From Octopus sinensis (Eukaryota): a DNA stretch of 53,603 nt. Location: NCBI RefSeq assembly GCF_006345805.1, contig NW_021835770.1, positions 1-53,603 on the forward strand, given 5' to 3'. Made by a program: the position numbers and the translations under genes. A model generated the notes under the pieces. The model was not told the origin of the DNA and made no database searches. It saw only the letters and a list, made by a program, of their open reading frames with translations. This document shows, piece by piece, positions 1 to 11,771 of this stretch. Every line of letters begins with the position of its first letter. Position 1 is the stretch's first letter.

Positions 1-130
1 CCAAGGCCGACTTTGCCTATGATCATTTCGCAGTTGATAGAAGTAAGTACAAGTTGAACCTTGAGATCCATGTAATCGACTTGCCCCCACTCCCAAAATG
101 TCTGGCCTTGTGCCAAAATTTGAAGCCAAT
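1..130 (+). mobile_element. SINE family A, diverged partial copy
   Basis: ccgactttgcct...gtaatcgactt...ggccttgtgccaaaatttgaa matches the central/3' part of other copies. Confidence 0.7.
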
Positions 131-520
131 ATTGATATCGCATCCACTGATTAGATAACGCTTTGTAAGCCATGTGTGTGTCGAGACGACTGGAGTTGTC
201 TCAACTTAAATATGAAACCCAATCTGTTTAGACACGTGTATGTTGCACAGCATTATTTCCCGAAGGTGATAGTTATGTAATCTAATGAGAAAATGAGGCA
301 ATGAAGTCCTTAAACTCCGACGATGCTTCAGTGAATATCGATTTAGCCATTCTTCTGCAGAGGATATAACACTTATAATTAGCTGCTTTCCAAAACACGT
401 CACCGAAATAGAATCTGTCATTACGACATGACGATGTTTTGAAAACTATATACAATGCTATCAAAAGAAAAGCCCCGTGTTTGATATAAACAACACAGTT
501 GTTATTGAACACATTACATC

Positions 521-710
521 TTGGTTTCAAGTTTTGGCACAAGGCCAGTATTTTCAGGATGGGGATTGAGTAGATTACATCGACCCCAGTATCCTGCTGG
601 TACTTAATTTATCGACCCCGAAAGGATGAAAGACAAAATCTACCTCGACGGAATTTCAACTGAGAACGTAAAGTTGAACGAAACGTTGCTAAACGTTTTG
701 TCAGGCGTCT
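521..710 (-). mobile_element. SINE family A, diverged copy
   Basis: atcgaccccagt...ggtacttaatttatcgaccccgaaaggatgaaag is the reverse complement of the family core. Confidence 0.8.
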
Positions 711-1410
711 TGAACATAATAAAACAGAGAGTACTGGCGTGCACTACAATCTTGACTTCTACGAAATACAAAAACATGTTGCATATTATTCGATGGAATA
801 AAAAATAAAGTATGTATAATCATAGACGTTAGCGGCCTTTTTCAGCGGGAAGGTGAATATTCATGGAGAACTGCTTCGAGAACCACTGTTCCTCTCCCTG
901 ATTAGAAATTCACCTTTATCCCAATAAATATTGATGCATTTATTTATATTACTAAATGTCTAACTGACAATATAGAATTTTCCAAGGAAGCAAAAGACCG
1001 ACTAACATGCACTTTACAAATACAGTCTGTAAGTGGAGCAGTTAAAATATGCGTGACTTTTCTAAATTTCAACATGCCATTGTTCTCATTCAAATTCTAG
1101 CGATTGAAATTTATTTCTTTGATGCAAACCAGCTCCTTCCAAATAAAAAAACAAAAAGGCAGAAAAAGGGAATAGAACTAAACACACGCACACTCGCATA
1201 TATAAGCACAAACATGTATGAATGTGATAAGTCTAAGAAATAAAACTGTTCTTTACTCCGAGATTCGCGTTGTTACAAATTCAAATTAAAGTTCACTTTT
1301 AATAAGAATAAAACAACTTTACTGTTATACGTTGGGACGGTCATATTTTGCCATTTAAACACGCACCTTATATTTGGTCTTCACCACAGCTTTATTATTT
1401 TTACCACAGC

Positions 1411-1412
<2 letters not shown>

Positions 1413-1486
<74 letters not shown>

Positions 1487-1500
1487 CTTATTAATATTAT
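1413..1500. repeat. (TTA)n microsatellite
   Basis: direct reading. Confidence 0.95.
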
Positions 1501-1515
1501 AATGCACCGCAGTCT

Positions 1516-2036
1516 TTAGTCATCTGTCAAGTCACAACAAGGACCCCAGACAGATAATAATTTCCTTAAGATGTGCGCTGTGCACAATAAGGCTCCTCGT
1601 TGCAAGACATCAATCTTGCATGGGATTTCCATTTGCCTTAAAAAGTCTTGAGGTTTCAATGGAATTGAACCCAACGCTCCAATAACCACTGATATCAATT
1701 TTACATTACCCTCTCGCATTCCATATAGTCTTGCCATTTCCACTTTCAATTCGGAGTACTTGGCGATTGTTTCAACCTCTTTACTCACAACCTTCATGTC
1801 ATTTGGTATGGCTACATCAATGATCTGACAGTATTTGTCTCTCTTATTCAATATGACAATATCTAGCCGTCAGTGTTCGTTTACACGCTCCGTCTGAAAA
1901 TCATAGTCCCAGAGTATCGTTACTTTTCCATTCTCCTGCATAACTTTACTTGGTACATGCTCATACCAGTTCTCTATTACTTCATATTGATATTTACGGC
2001 ATAAGATCCAATGAAGATACACACACACTTTATGAT
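1516..2036 (-). pseudogene. C-terminal restriction-like endonuclease domain of an R4/Dong-type non-LTR retrotransposon, 5'-truncated
   Basis: Translates to LHWILCRKY...ILWDYDFQT...RLDIVI...CQIIDVAIP...KYSEL...VVIGALG...ILRKLL with one in-frame stop; its 3' end runs into (AAT)n. Confidence 0.85.
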
Positions 2037-2048
2037 TGTAATTATTAT

Positions 2049-2237
2049 TACCTTTGCACAGCTTCTAACGCTGGATATGTACTACGGTGTCAGCTGTTCC
2101 CTACCAGTGAACTAAGGTAACACCTCTTATTTTTCGAGCACCTTCCAGAGTATTCGAGCGGTTCCAAGCAGTGCTGTTTTCTGCAAGTGCTCCACCTATA
2201 TTGCAGCCCCCTACCCTATTTGTTCCATGTACTTCTC

Positions 2238-2238
<1 letters not shown>
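2049..2238 (-). mobile_element. Second R4/Dong-type LINE 3' end fragment
   Basis: EHLQKTALLGTARILWKVLEK* plus short 3' UTR, with TAA repeats on both sides. Confidence 0.75.
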
Positions 2239-2284
<46 letters not shown>

Positions 2285-2349
2285 TAATAATAACAATAAT
2301 AATAATAATAATAATGATGATGATGATGATGATGATAATAACAATAATA
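2238..2349. repeat. (AAT)n/(GAT)n microsatellite
   Basis: direct reading. Confidence 0.95.
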
Positions 2350-2761
2350 GAGCTGAAGTGAATACCTAATATATGTTGCTTGTGTTTAATTGGTAAAATA
2401 TGACCTTCGCCAAGTATAACAATATTTGTTTCAACACACGATCTCACATCAAGAATCTTGCAAAAAAAAATACAAAAACGTAGATCAAGTTTGTTTTAAC
2501 TATTAAACAAAACCAAACTGGTAGTATACAACTATACGCCCTACCCGTTCTCATTCACGGCTTTGATTATTATGTTAATTAGACACTAATTATTATATTA
2601 AGAATCATCCATATTATATTAATATTAATATAATAATAGTTATTATAATATAATTATTGTTATATTAAGTCACATTTATTCAGTAATTTCTCCTTTCGTT
2701 CATATTAAATTCTGTATTAATATGCATGTACAGATGTATGTATGTATGAATAAATGAATGT

Positions 2762-2929
2762 AGGCGCAGACGTGGCTGTGTGGTAAGAAGCTGACTTCCC
2801 AGCCACATAGTTCCTGATTCAGTCCCACTGCGTGGCACCTTCGGCAAGTGTCTTCTTTTATAGCCTCAGGTCGACCAAAGCCGTGTGAGTGGATTTGGTA
2901 ACTAGAAACTGAAGAAAAATGCCGTCGTA
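2762..2929 (+). mobile_element. SINE family B, 5' half
   Basis: ggcgcagacgtggctgtgtggtaagaag...ttcagtcccactgcgtggcaccttcggcaagtgtctt; pol III A/B-box-like head. Confidence 0.85.
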
Positions 2930-3007
2930 TGTGTGTGTGTATATAACACACACACATACGACAGCATTTTTTTCAGTTTCCGTCTACCAAATCCACTCAC
3001 ATATATA

Positions 3008-3103
<96 letters not shown>

Positions 3104-3132
3104 TATATATGCATATATAATATATACATATA

Positions 3133-3165
<33 letters not shown>

Positions 3166-3237
3166 GATTATATTATATATACAATATGTGACATTACTCG
3201 GTATTTAACGGTATTTTTCATAACGTTTCAAATAGCC

Positions 3238-3300
3238 AGATAACCGAAGAGATGGTGTTGTGGATTTCCACTTCGGCATCTGAAACTCAGAGTTTTATCT
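3238..3300 (+). ncRNA. Type I hammerhead ribozyme-like motif (core CCGAAGA) in a Penelope-like fragment
   Basis: AGATAA-CCGAAGA-GATG..CATC-T-GAAA-CTC-A-GAG-TT-TTATCT; helix I AGATAA/TTATCT. Confidence 0.7.
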
Positions 3301-3455
3301 TGACTACGAGTAATGTAAAACTATTGTATAGATAAATTTCCTCTATTTACATAATATTGAGGTCTCTTTCTTTCTTTTGTTATCTTACCGTTTTATCAAT
3401 ATATACTATATATATATATATATATATATAGAAAAAATATATATATATACATAGA

Positions 3456-3489
<34 letters not shown>

Positions 3490-3496
3490 CACATGT

Positions 3497-3793
3497 GGAG
3501 GTGTAATGGACCAGTGGTTAGGGCACCGGACTCGCGGTCGTAGGATCGCGGTTTTGATTTCCAGACTAGGCGTTGTAAGAGTTTTTTTGAGCGGAAACAT
3601 CTAAAGCTCCACGAAGCTCCGGCAGGGGATGGTGGCGATCCCTGCTGTAATCTTTCGCCGCAACTTTCTCTCACTCTTTCTTTTGATGGCCTGCTCGCTT
3701 AGCCAGCGGGGGTGGCGTCATTGCGAAGCGCATTGTGACCAGCAACGTGAAGCAACAACATCTGATAGCCTGGTTGATTACGTGATCACATGA
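3497..3793 (+). mobile_element. SINE family C (tRNA-Arg-like head)
   Basis: tggaccagtggttagggcaccggactcgcggtcgtaggatcgcgg..gattt; second copy at 29199. Confidence 0.8.
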
Positions 3794-3808
3794 TATATAT
3801 ACACATAT

Positions 3809-3845
<37 letters not shown>

Positions 3846-4182
3846 GAATATATATATATATATAAAACAGAGTTAGCGGTTATAATAAACGGCTAAGGGA
3901 AAGATATCCGTATGTACTATCGGTATCCGTTACCAGTGTTATCCCCAGGCATTGGTGTGTAGGGACACGATGCACGTAGAGTGCAGATAACAACAGGTTA
4001 AACAAGAATTTACGAGGAAACAAATATAAGCGATCAGCAAATGGAGAAAACCTCAGCTTAACAAACACATCGATTGGGCCACATTTATAACTTATGTTTT
4101 AATATACAAGGCATGACAACAAATGTCACCTATTTGCTATCTCATATATATATATATATATATATACATACGTTTATGCGTG

Positions 4183-4402
4183 TATGTCTTTGTGTCTGCG
4201 TTTGTCTTCCCACCATCGCTTGACAACCGATGCTGTTGTGTTTATATCCACGAAAGTTAGCTAGCGGTTCTGCAAAAGAGAACGATGGAATAAGTCCTAG
4301 GCTTACAAAGAATAAGTCCTGGAGTCGATTTTGTTAGACTAAAGGCGATGCTTCAGCATGGCCGCAGTCAAATGATTGAAACAAGTAAAAGAATAAAAGA
4401 AT
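4183..4402 (+). mobile_element. SINE family B, 3' half
   Basis: ccatcgcttgacaaccgatgct...cagcatggccgcagtcaaatgattgaaacaagtaaaagaata. Confidence 0.85.
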
Positions 4403-4467
4403 ATGAACGCGTGACATATGTAAGCATTCATGTGTGTGTGTGTGTGTGTGTGTGAGTGTGTGAGTGT

Positions 4468-4542
<75 letters not shown>

Positions 4543-5515
4543 GTAATATCAGTTGAAACGGTGGCACAATGCGAGTTTGTGTTTTCGCTCTTCGACCCGT
4601 CAGCAGTTATGACTTATATATTTACCTCTCTATATCAAAATATATTTATACACATTAACCATACATCACTAATCATTTCATATACGTCTATAAATCATTT
4701 GGCTTGACTTGGGAGGTGCCAAAGTATTTGAAAATGTATGCGAAATTTGATTGGTTGTTAGTCACCATGGAGATAAAGTTTGTAAAAAGAAAAAAAAATT
4801 CTCTCGTAGACTGTTGGATACAAGGATGTGAAAGAAGGAAAGAGAGAGAAGCTGAAGGATAGAAAGACAGAAAAAAGGAAGGGAGGAAGGAAAGAAAGAA
4901 ATGAAGGGAGAAGGGGAGAAAATACAGAAGCAAACTAAAAAAAAAATTGTGGAATGAGGAAGGAAAGAAAAATAAAAAAGAAAGAAGGTGCAAAAACGAA
5001 AAAGTAGAGGAAAGCATGATTGAAAAGAAAGATGAAAGGAGGAAAAAGAGGAAGTACGCGAATAAAAAGGAAATGAGAGTATGAAGGGAAAACGGGTTAG
5101 ATATTAAAGATGAAAGGAGAGATAATTGATGAAAATTAAAGGTTAACATTATCTATAGATTTATAATGCCTGTATATCAACGGCGTGTTTGAAAGCTGGA
5201 GATAAAGTGGATGGGATAAAAGGAAACGTGTAAGGTGTCATGTTTTTCTTTATGGTTCTTGATGGTGTAGTAAGTTATTTTGAAGACGGTTTATAGAGAG
5301 AGGCTTTGTTTACAAAATAGAGGTAAAACGTCAGAGAAAAAAAATCAGGAAATGATGTGTTCTAGAAGACGTAGCGGGAAATAGTAAAATGAAATGAAAT
5401 ATGGTCTAAGAAAGAGATATGTAAAACAGGTGTGAATGTTAACAAGTGATAGTATGATGTAATTAGTTAAACTTATGAAAATTCTTGCCTTTTATTTTTT
5501 AAACTTTTTATCTAT

Positions 5516-5960
5516 TATTTGTTGCAATCATTAGAGCGCAGCCATGCTGAGGCACCGTCTTACAAGTCTTTTTTTTTATTATTTAGTCCAACGAAACGAC
5601 CCCAGTACCTGTGTTCTTTTTTATAAAGCTTAATACTTACTCTATATCGTTATCTTTTGCCGAACCGCTAATTTGCGGGAACGTAAACAAACCAACACCG
5701 ATTATCAAGCGGTGATGAGGAAACAGAGAAACAAAGACACACACACACGCACACACACACACACACAATCACAATCACACACACATATACGTGCATGTGT
5801 GTACAACAGGATTCTTTCCGTTTCCGCCTATCAAGTGCTCAGGCAAGGCTTTGGCCAGTTCGAGTTTATTGTAGAAGACACTGGTCCAAGTTGCCACACA
5901 GTGAGATTGATCTCGGAACCACATGGTTCTGTAGCAAACTTCTTAACGCACAGCCACCGT
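5516..5960 (-). mobile_element. SINE family B, diverged full copy
   Basis: Both halves present around an internal (CA)n. Confidence 0.8.
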
Positions 5961-6074
5961 GTACGAAGAATGTATATTGAAAGCGGAAATACGGTATTGT
6001 ATAAATATTTCGTATAGGAAGGATAGTGACATCAAGGAAATAAATAACTTTATAGTTACCGAATGAAAATTAAT

Positions 6075-6335
6075 GTCAGCGTCTGTGAAAGCATATAACT
6101 TCGAAATTGTTATTTAGAATATTCCAGGAGGTGTGGAAGAGTATATCGAGTGTTTTTCTTTCTTGTTTTTTTTTTAGTTATGAATAAATCACAAAAGCTT
6201 CAAAACTAGTTATATTGTACTGAATTGTGATTCACACACTAAGATTCGACGTCGATATTGGTGTATTTATCAGTCAATTGCCAAATATGTTTTGACAAAG
6301 TACTGTCTGCACATCTGGCAGTGTTTCGGTAAGTG
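6075..6335 (-). pseudogene. Penelope-like GIY-YIG endonuclease C-terminal remnant
   Basis: YRNTARCADSTLSKHIWQLTDK resembles the PLE ST.LSK.IW.LK motif; degenerate downstream. Confidence 0.55.
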
Positions 6336-6556
6336 CAAATAATAAATAATAAAAGCAGTAAGAATATAAAAAAAAATGAAAGTATCATAAAAGCAAAAAA
6401 AAAAAGTATAGAAAACAGACATAGAAACAAATTCAGATGGAAATATGGAAGAAAAAATTAAAAATGCAAACAAAATATGAATTCTAGTTCAAACGGTGAG
6501 TGAAGGAAAGGAATATATATGTATAAAATACATATATGTGTATGTATATACGTATG

Positions 6557-6669
<113 letters not shown>

Positions 6670-7500
6670 TATATACATGTATGTATGTAGTATGTATGTA
6701 TGTATGTATGACCCCAGATTAATAACACTGTCCCGTATAGCCACAACCACACTTGTTGGCAATTATATATATATATATATATATATATGTGCGTATGTCC
6801 TCTGTTTGTATATGTGTGATGAGTGAAGACAGAAGCGGGAAAGAACGACTCAGTTTCATACAGTCTTAAAAATAAATGGGAACAAAAGGATGAATGGAAA
6901 AATGGTGAAACCCAATAAACCCCACACCCCAAAATGCGAGTTTTAAATGTGAATATCTACAAGTATTAATAGTTTTATTAATAGGAGTTTTTAGGGCGAA
7001 ATATTGTAGGAAAAGAGGAAAACATTGGGAAAATAAGCAGAAGCTAAAGGCCTAGGTATGGGTTTGTGATTACGAAGCTTGCTTGCTATGCTACTACGGA
7101 ATTTTGGGATTAGTATATCTTGGGCAAGTGCATTCTGCCATAGCTCTGTGAATGAATTTGAAAGACGGGAACTGAATGGAGGACCATCGTCGCCTAATAT
7201 ATGTATACATATATGTATATATATATATATATATATATAGATAATATATATATATATTATAATATATTATATATATAATATATTATAACTAAGAAGCGTA
7301 AGTCTCGTGATATTAATATTTTCCACTATAATCATTATAAGTTTACAAATGGTTAGATGTTGCAAATCTAACGATTTCCAGACATCCAAACAATAAAGGG
7401 GGAAAATAATTATGAAAGAAGACTCTGCTTCAGTTTTTCTAATATGTTCTACCGTACTACCAGGATTGTTTTTCAACCTAGTTTTGTTAGATTCTAACAA

Positions 7501-7536
7501 AACTGTCTGACGAACGGAAACGTGAAACACTGAGTA
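7501..7536 (+). ncRNA. Hammerhead core lacking the 3' strand of helix I
   Basis: CTGACGA-ACG-GAAA-CGT-GAAAC-ACTGA-GTA, followed directly by microsatellite. Confidence 0.6.
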
Positions 7537-7681
7537 TGTGTGTATATATGTATGCATACATGTATGTATGTATGTATGTATGTATGTATGTATGTATGTA
7601 TGTATGTATGTATGTATGCATGTATGTATGTATATACGTATGTATGTATATGTGTATGTGTATATATATATATATATTCAT

Positions 7682-8118
7682 TTATTCTTTTATTTGTTTC
7701 AGTCATTTTGACTGTGGTCATACTGGAGCATTCACTTTAATTGAGGAAATCGGCGTTAGGACTTATTCTTTGTAAGCCTTGTACCTATTCTATCGGATCT
7801 CATTTGCCGAACAGCTAAGTTACGGGGATGTAAACACACCAGCATCGATTGTTAAGCGAGGGGGGGGGGGGCAAGCACAGACACACAAATATACATACAC
7901 ACACACTACGACAGGGTTCTTTCAGTCTACCAAATCCACTTACAAGGCTTGGTCGGCCCGAGGCTGTAGTAGAAAACACTTGGCCAAGGTGTCACGCAGT
8001 GGGACTGAGCCCAGAGCCATGTGGTTGGTAAGCAGGCTACTTAACACACAGCCATACCTGCGCCTCAGAGCCATGTGGTTGGTAAGCAGGCTACTTAACA
8101 CACAGCCATACCTGCGCC
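7682..8118 (-). mobile_element. SINE family B with a tandem duplication (about 54 bp) of its head
   Basis: cagagccatgtggttggtaagcaggctacttaacacacagccatacctgcgcct occurs twice in tandem. Confidence 0.85.
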
Positions 8119-8241
8119 TATATATAATATATATATAGGCGCAGGTATGGCTGTGTGTTAAGTAGCCTGCTTACCACCACATGGCTTGGGCTCAGTCCCA
8201 CTGCGTGACACCTTGGCCAAGTGTTTTCTACTACAGCCTCG

Positions 8242-8465
8242 GGCGGCGAGCTGGCAGAAACGTTAGCACGCCGGGCGAAATGCGTAGCCGTATTTCGTCT
8301 GTCATTACGTTCTGAGTTCAAATTCCGCCGAGGTCGACTTTGCCTTTCATCCTTTCGGGGTCGATAAATAAAGTACCAGTTTCCAACTGGGGTCGATGTA
8401 ATCGACTTAATACATTGTCTGTCCTTGTTTGCCCCTCTATGTTTAGCCCCTTGTGGGCAGTAAAG

Positions 8466-8470
<5 letters not shown>
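8242..8470 (+). mobile_element. SINE family A, full length
   Basis: A-box-like tggcagaaacg, B-box gagttcaaattcc, core gcctttcatcctttcggggtcgataaa, tail ending taaagaaata. Confidence 0.9.
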
Positions 8471-8510
<40 letters not shown>

Positions 8511-8750
8511 GTGTGTGTGTGTGTATGTGTACAAGAGAGTCATGAGTGTTAGCATGATATTATTGAAACGTCATGACCTACAAGGGACATACCCAATTTA
8601 AAATTATTACACACACACATATTCACACACACACTCATACACATGCACACAACATATACACGGTATATCGAATATTGTGGAGATGACTCCTCATTATACA
8701 CATATATATATACATACCCCATATATATATATAATATATATATATAATAT

Positions 8751-8933
8751 ATTAGTGAATTGAAGAAATGGAGTTGGACGAAGATTGAACAGAAATCGTT
8801 TTATTGCATTCTACACGTGTTTCGAAAGGCACAATTTACCAAATTTCGATTGCCTTTCGAAACACGTGTAGAATGCAATAAAACGATTTCTGTTCAATCT
8901 TCGTCCAACTCCATTTCTTCCAATTCACTAATA
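8751..8933. repeat. Near-perfect inverted repeat, arms about 82 bp, loop about 19 nt
   Basis: attagtgaattg...cgaaaggca / tgcctttcg...caattcactaat. Confidence 0.95.
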
Positions 8934-9100
8934 ATATTAAAATTCAATTATCCGCACCAAACGCACGGTTGCAAACACCATATGGTTGTACCTCCAACCG
9001 TGCTGTCTTCTGCTGTGATTTTTGCTACCAAGGTATCGGTTAAACTTTTGATTAATCTGCAACAAGATTATTCATCTTTCTATTTCACTATATATATATA

Positions 9101-9140
<40 letters not shown>

Positions 9141-9268
9141 ATATATATATACATATGTATGTATATATATGTATATATATATGTATGTATATATGCCTGT
9201 ATGTATTATGTATGTATTTATATACGTGTGTGCGTGTGTGTATATCGATAGATAAACAGACATAGATT

Positions 9269-9352
<84 letters not shown>

Positions 9353-9399
9353 TAGATATAATCATGTTCACGATTATATATCAAGGAGGTTGAAGTATT

Positions 9400-9900
9400 G
9401 TCCTGAATGCAAGACTTCTTTTGTTAATCTATAGCAATCAATTCCAACCTGATTTAAAAGGAGGAAGCGCAAGCATTGTGAGCCCACATCAATTTAAAGT
9501 AGGGGTAATTCATTCATTTTCTCTAGAGATTCTTGATAGAATTGATATGTGTAGACAATGGTAACGTGTTTTTATTTCGTTATTGATATCATCTACATAA
9601 TTCAGTCGTATTGTGTATGCAGAAATCCATTGTGTATGTGTGAGTAGGATGATTGTGTAATTAAGAAGCTCCTTTTGGAACCACGTTCAAGAGGAAGAAA
9701 AAATTTATAATGGCATGGCAGCGCAGAAAGAAAAAGTCAAAATTTTCTGCATTTTTGTAAGGATCAGAACAGTTGAAAATGATGTTGTGAGTTCTTAGTG
9801 TCTGAAAATCATGTAGAATAGAAGCAAGCCTGTAGGTATCACTGTAAACCGATCCTTGAATGATAGGCTCAAGTGCCTGCATATTGGCCCAGCAATTGAA
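9400..9900 (-). pseudogene. Highly decayed non-LTR reverse transcriptase remnant
   Basis: VVPKGAS (GVPQGS-like) followed by RLNYVDDI across frameshifts. Confidence 0.35.
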
Positions 9901-10131
9901 TTAGGGACTAGTTTAACGTGACATTTAATAACGAAATATCCATTAAGCATTTGTAGTTCATGTGTAATATGAAACACAATGTAAACCACTGTAATAAATA
10001 TGGAAGGGAGAACGAAGCATATTCATTATGGGAGAAGCCGTGTTCGATGAAATGAAGGATTGGTATTGAAATAATGTTTCAAAGTAGAACTGAAGGGACT
10101 AAAACCTAAGAGGATATTCTAAAGAAAATGC

Positions 10132-10358
10132 TGCAAGCTGGCAGAAACGTTAGCACGCCGGGCGAAATGCTTAGCGGTATTTCATCTGCTGCCTATGTTC
10201 TGAGTTCAATTCCGCCGAGGTCGACTTTGCCTTTCATCAGCCTTTCGGTGTCGCTTAATAATAACAGTCACGCACTGGGGTCGATGTAATCGACTATATC
10301 CGTTTTTCTGTCTTGTTCGTCCTCTCTGTGTTTAGCCCCTTGTGGGTAGTAAAGAAAT
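10132..10358 (+). mobile_element. SINE family A with 21-bp target site duplication
   Basis: aggatattctaaagaaaatgc at 10111-10131 and 10359-10379. Confidence 0.9.
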
Positions 10359-10819
10359 AGGATATTCTAAAGAAAATGCATACTCTTATGATCGATAATT
10401 TTACCACAGATTCTACTTCCTGCCATTTCATGAAATGCAAGAGGGACGCTGGCGTTGCTGAGTGGGAAGAAGTTTGCTTCCCAACCACATGGTTCTGGAT
10501 TCAGTTCCAAAGCCTTCTGAGTGGGTTTGATACACTGAAATATATGTGTGTGTATATATGTGTGTGTTTGAAAGTTGTGTTCTTTTTTGGTACATTTCTT
10601 CCAAACAAGACTTCTTTAAGTGCTGTTAACACCGCCGGATTGAGTGATACTGCCCATGTGTCGAAACCATAAAGATATCCGTAGGGCAGCTGATGTTGGA
10701 TTGTTGGTATGTCTGTTTGGTATATGTGGAATAGTGTTATAACACGTCCATTATACACACACACACATACACACACACACACACACATACATATATATAT
10801 ATGTATCTATCTATATATA

Positions 10820-11120
10820 TCATTCTTCAGTTTTATTGCAAGATTTCTTGCTAGTAGAGAAAGAGCTGGTTTCTAACCTAAATACAAGGCTCCTCCATTG
10901 AATTTCAACATCAACAGCAGGGTATTTTTGTATGAATGTATCTATGTATGTATGTATATGTGCAGATTTGTATGTTTTGCTTTATGTATGTATTCTCATG
11001 CACATAGTTGCATAGCTAGACATGTTCATATATACTTAGATATTAAGCTTCTGGAAAGTTTTACAGCTTATTTCAGTTTGAGTGGTGGACTCGATCTACA
11101 GTCTTTGTATTAGCTTTCTC
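10820..11120 (-). mobile_element. 3' end of the LINE family also present at 29500-30318
   Basis: Shared motifs tttctaacctaaatacaaggctcc and ttctggaaagttttaca. Confidence 0.7.
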
Positions 11121-11264
11121 TATGTATGTATGTATGTATGTATGTATGTATGTATGTATGTATGTATGTATGTATGTATGTATGTATGTATGTATGCGTG
11201 TATGTGTACGTACGTGCATGCATACATGCGTGCATGTGTATGTTTGTGAGTGCGTGTGTATGTA

Positions 11265-11470
11265 TCTTTGTCTTTGTGCGTGTGTTTGTCTCACCACTCT
11301 TTAACAAACTGCCTTGATGTGTTTACGTTCTCGTAATATAGCGGTTCGGAAAGAGAGACCGATATAACAAGTATCCGGCTAAAAAAGGTACTGGAATCGA
11401 TTCAGTCGACTCTTCAAGGCAGTGCCCCAGCATGACCACAATCAAATGATTGAAACTAACGAAAGATAAA
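11265..11470 (+). mobile_element. SINE family B, 3' half
   Basis: gcggttcggaaagagagaccgat...gtgccccagcatgaccacaatcaaatgattgaaac. Confidence 0.75.
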
Positions 11471-11725
11471 ATACGAAAAAAATCAAGTTTTCTCTGAGCT
11501 AATGTCCTGTAGGATACACAAATTTATGTTTGGTAAATGAAAACCATTTTTCTCCGGTATTCCACTTCTTTAAATTCACTCAACAAATATGAAAATATGA
11601 ACCGAAAATGGAATCAATATTCTTTGGCAGAAGCTGGACTAAAATTATAATTTGGGAATTATAATAATAGCAACAACAACGAAAAATACCTAAGGAATGA
11701 GAACTCAATTTCGAAATTTCTCCAA

Positions 11726-11771
11726 GACACTTGATGAAGGCTGGAGGGTATATCAGCTGAATTGTTGTGTT
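11726..11771 (+). ncRNA. Decayed minimal type I hammerhead
   Basis: GACAC-TTGATGA-A-GGCTG..CAGCT-GAATT-GTT-GTGTT. Confidence 0.5.

Noticed and set aside
3497-3570. tRNA-Arg-like gene
   Set aside because: It is a SINE head without a complete cloverleaf
4688-5149. 153-aa hydrophobic ORF
   Set aside because: Reverse reading of a GA-rich low-complexity tract
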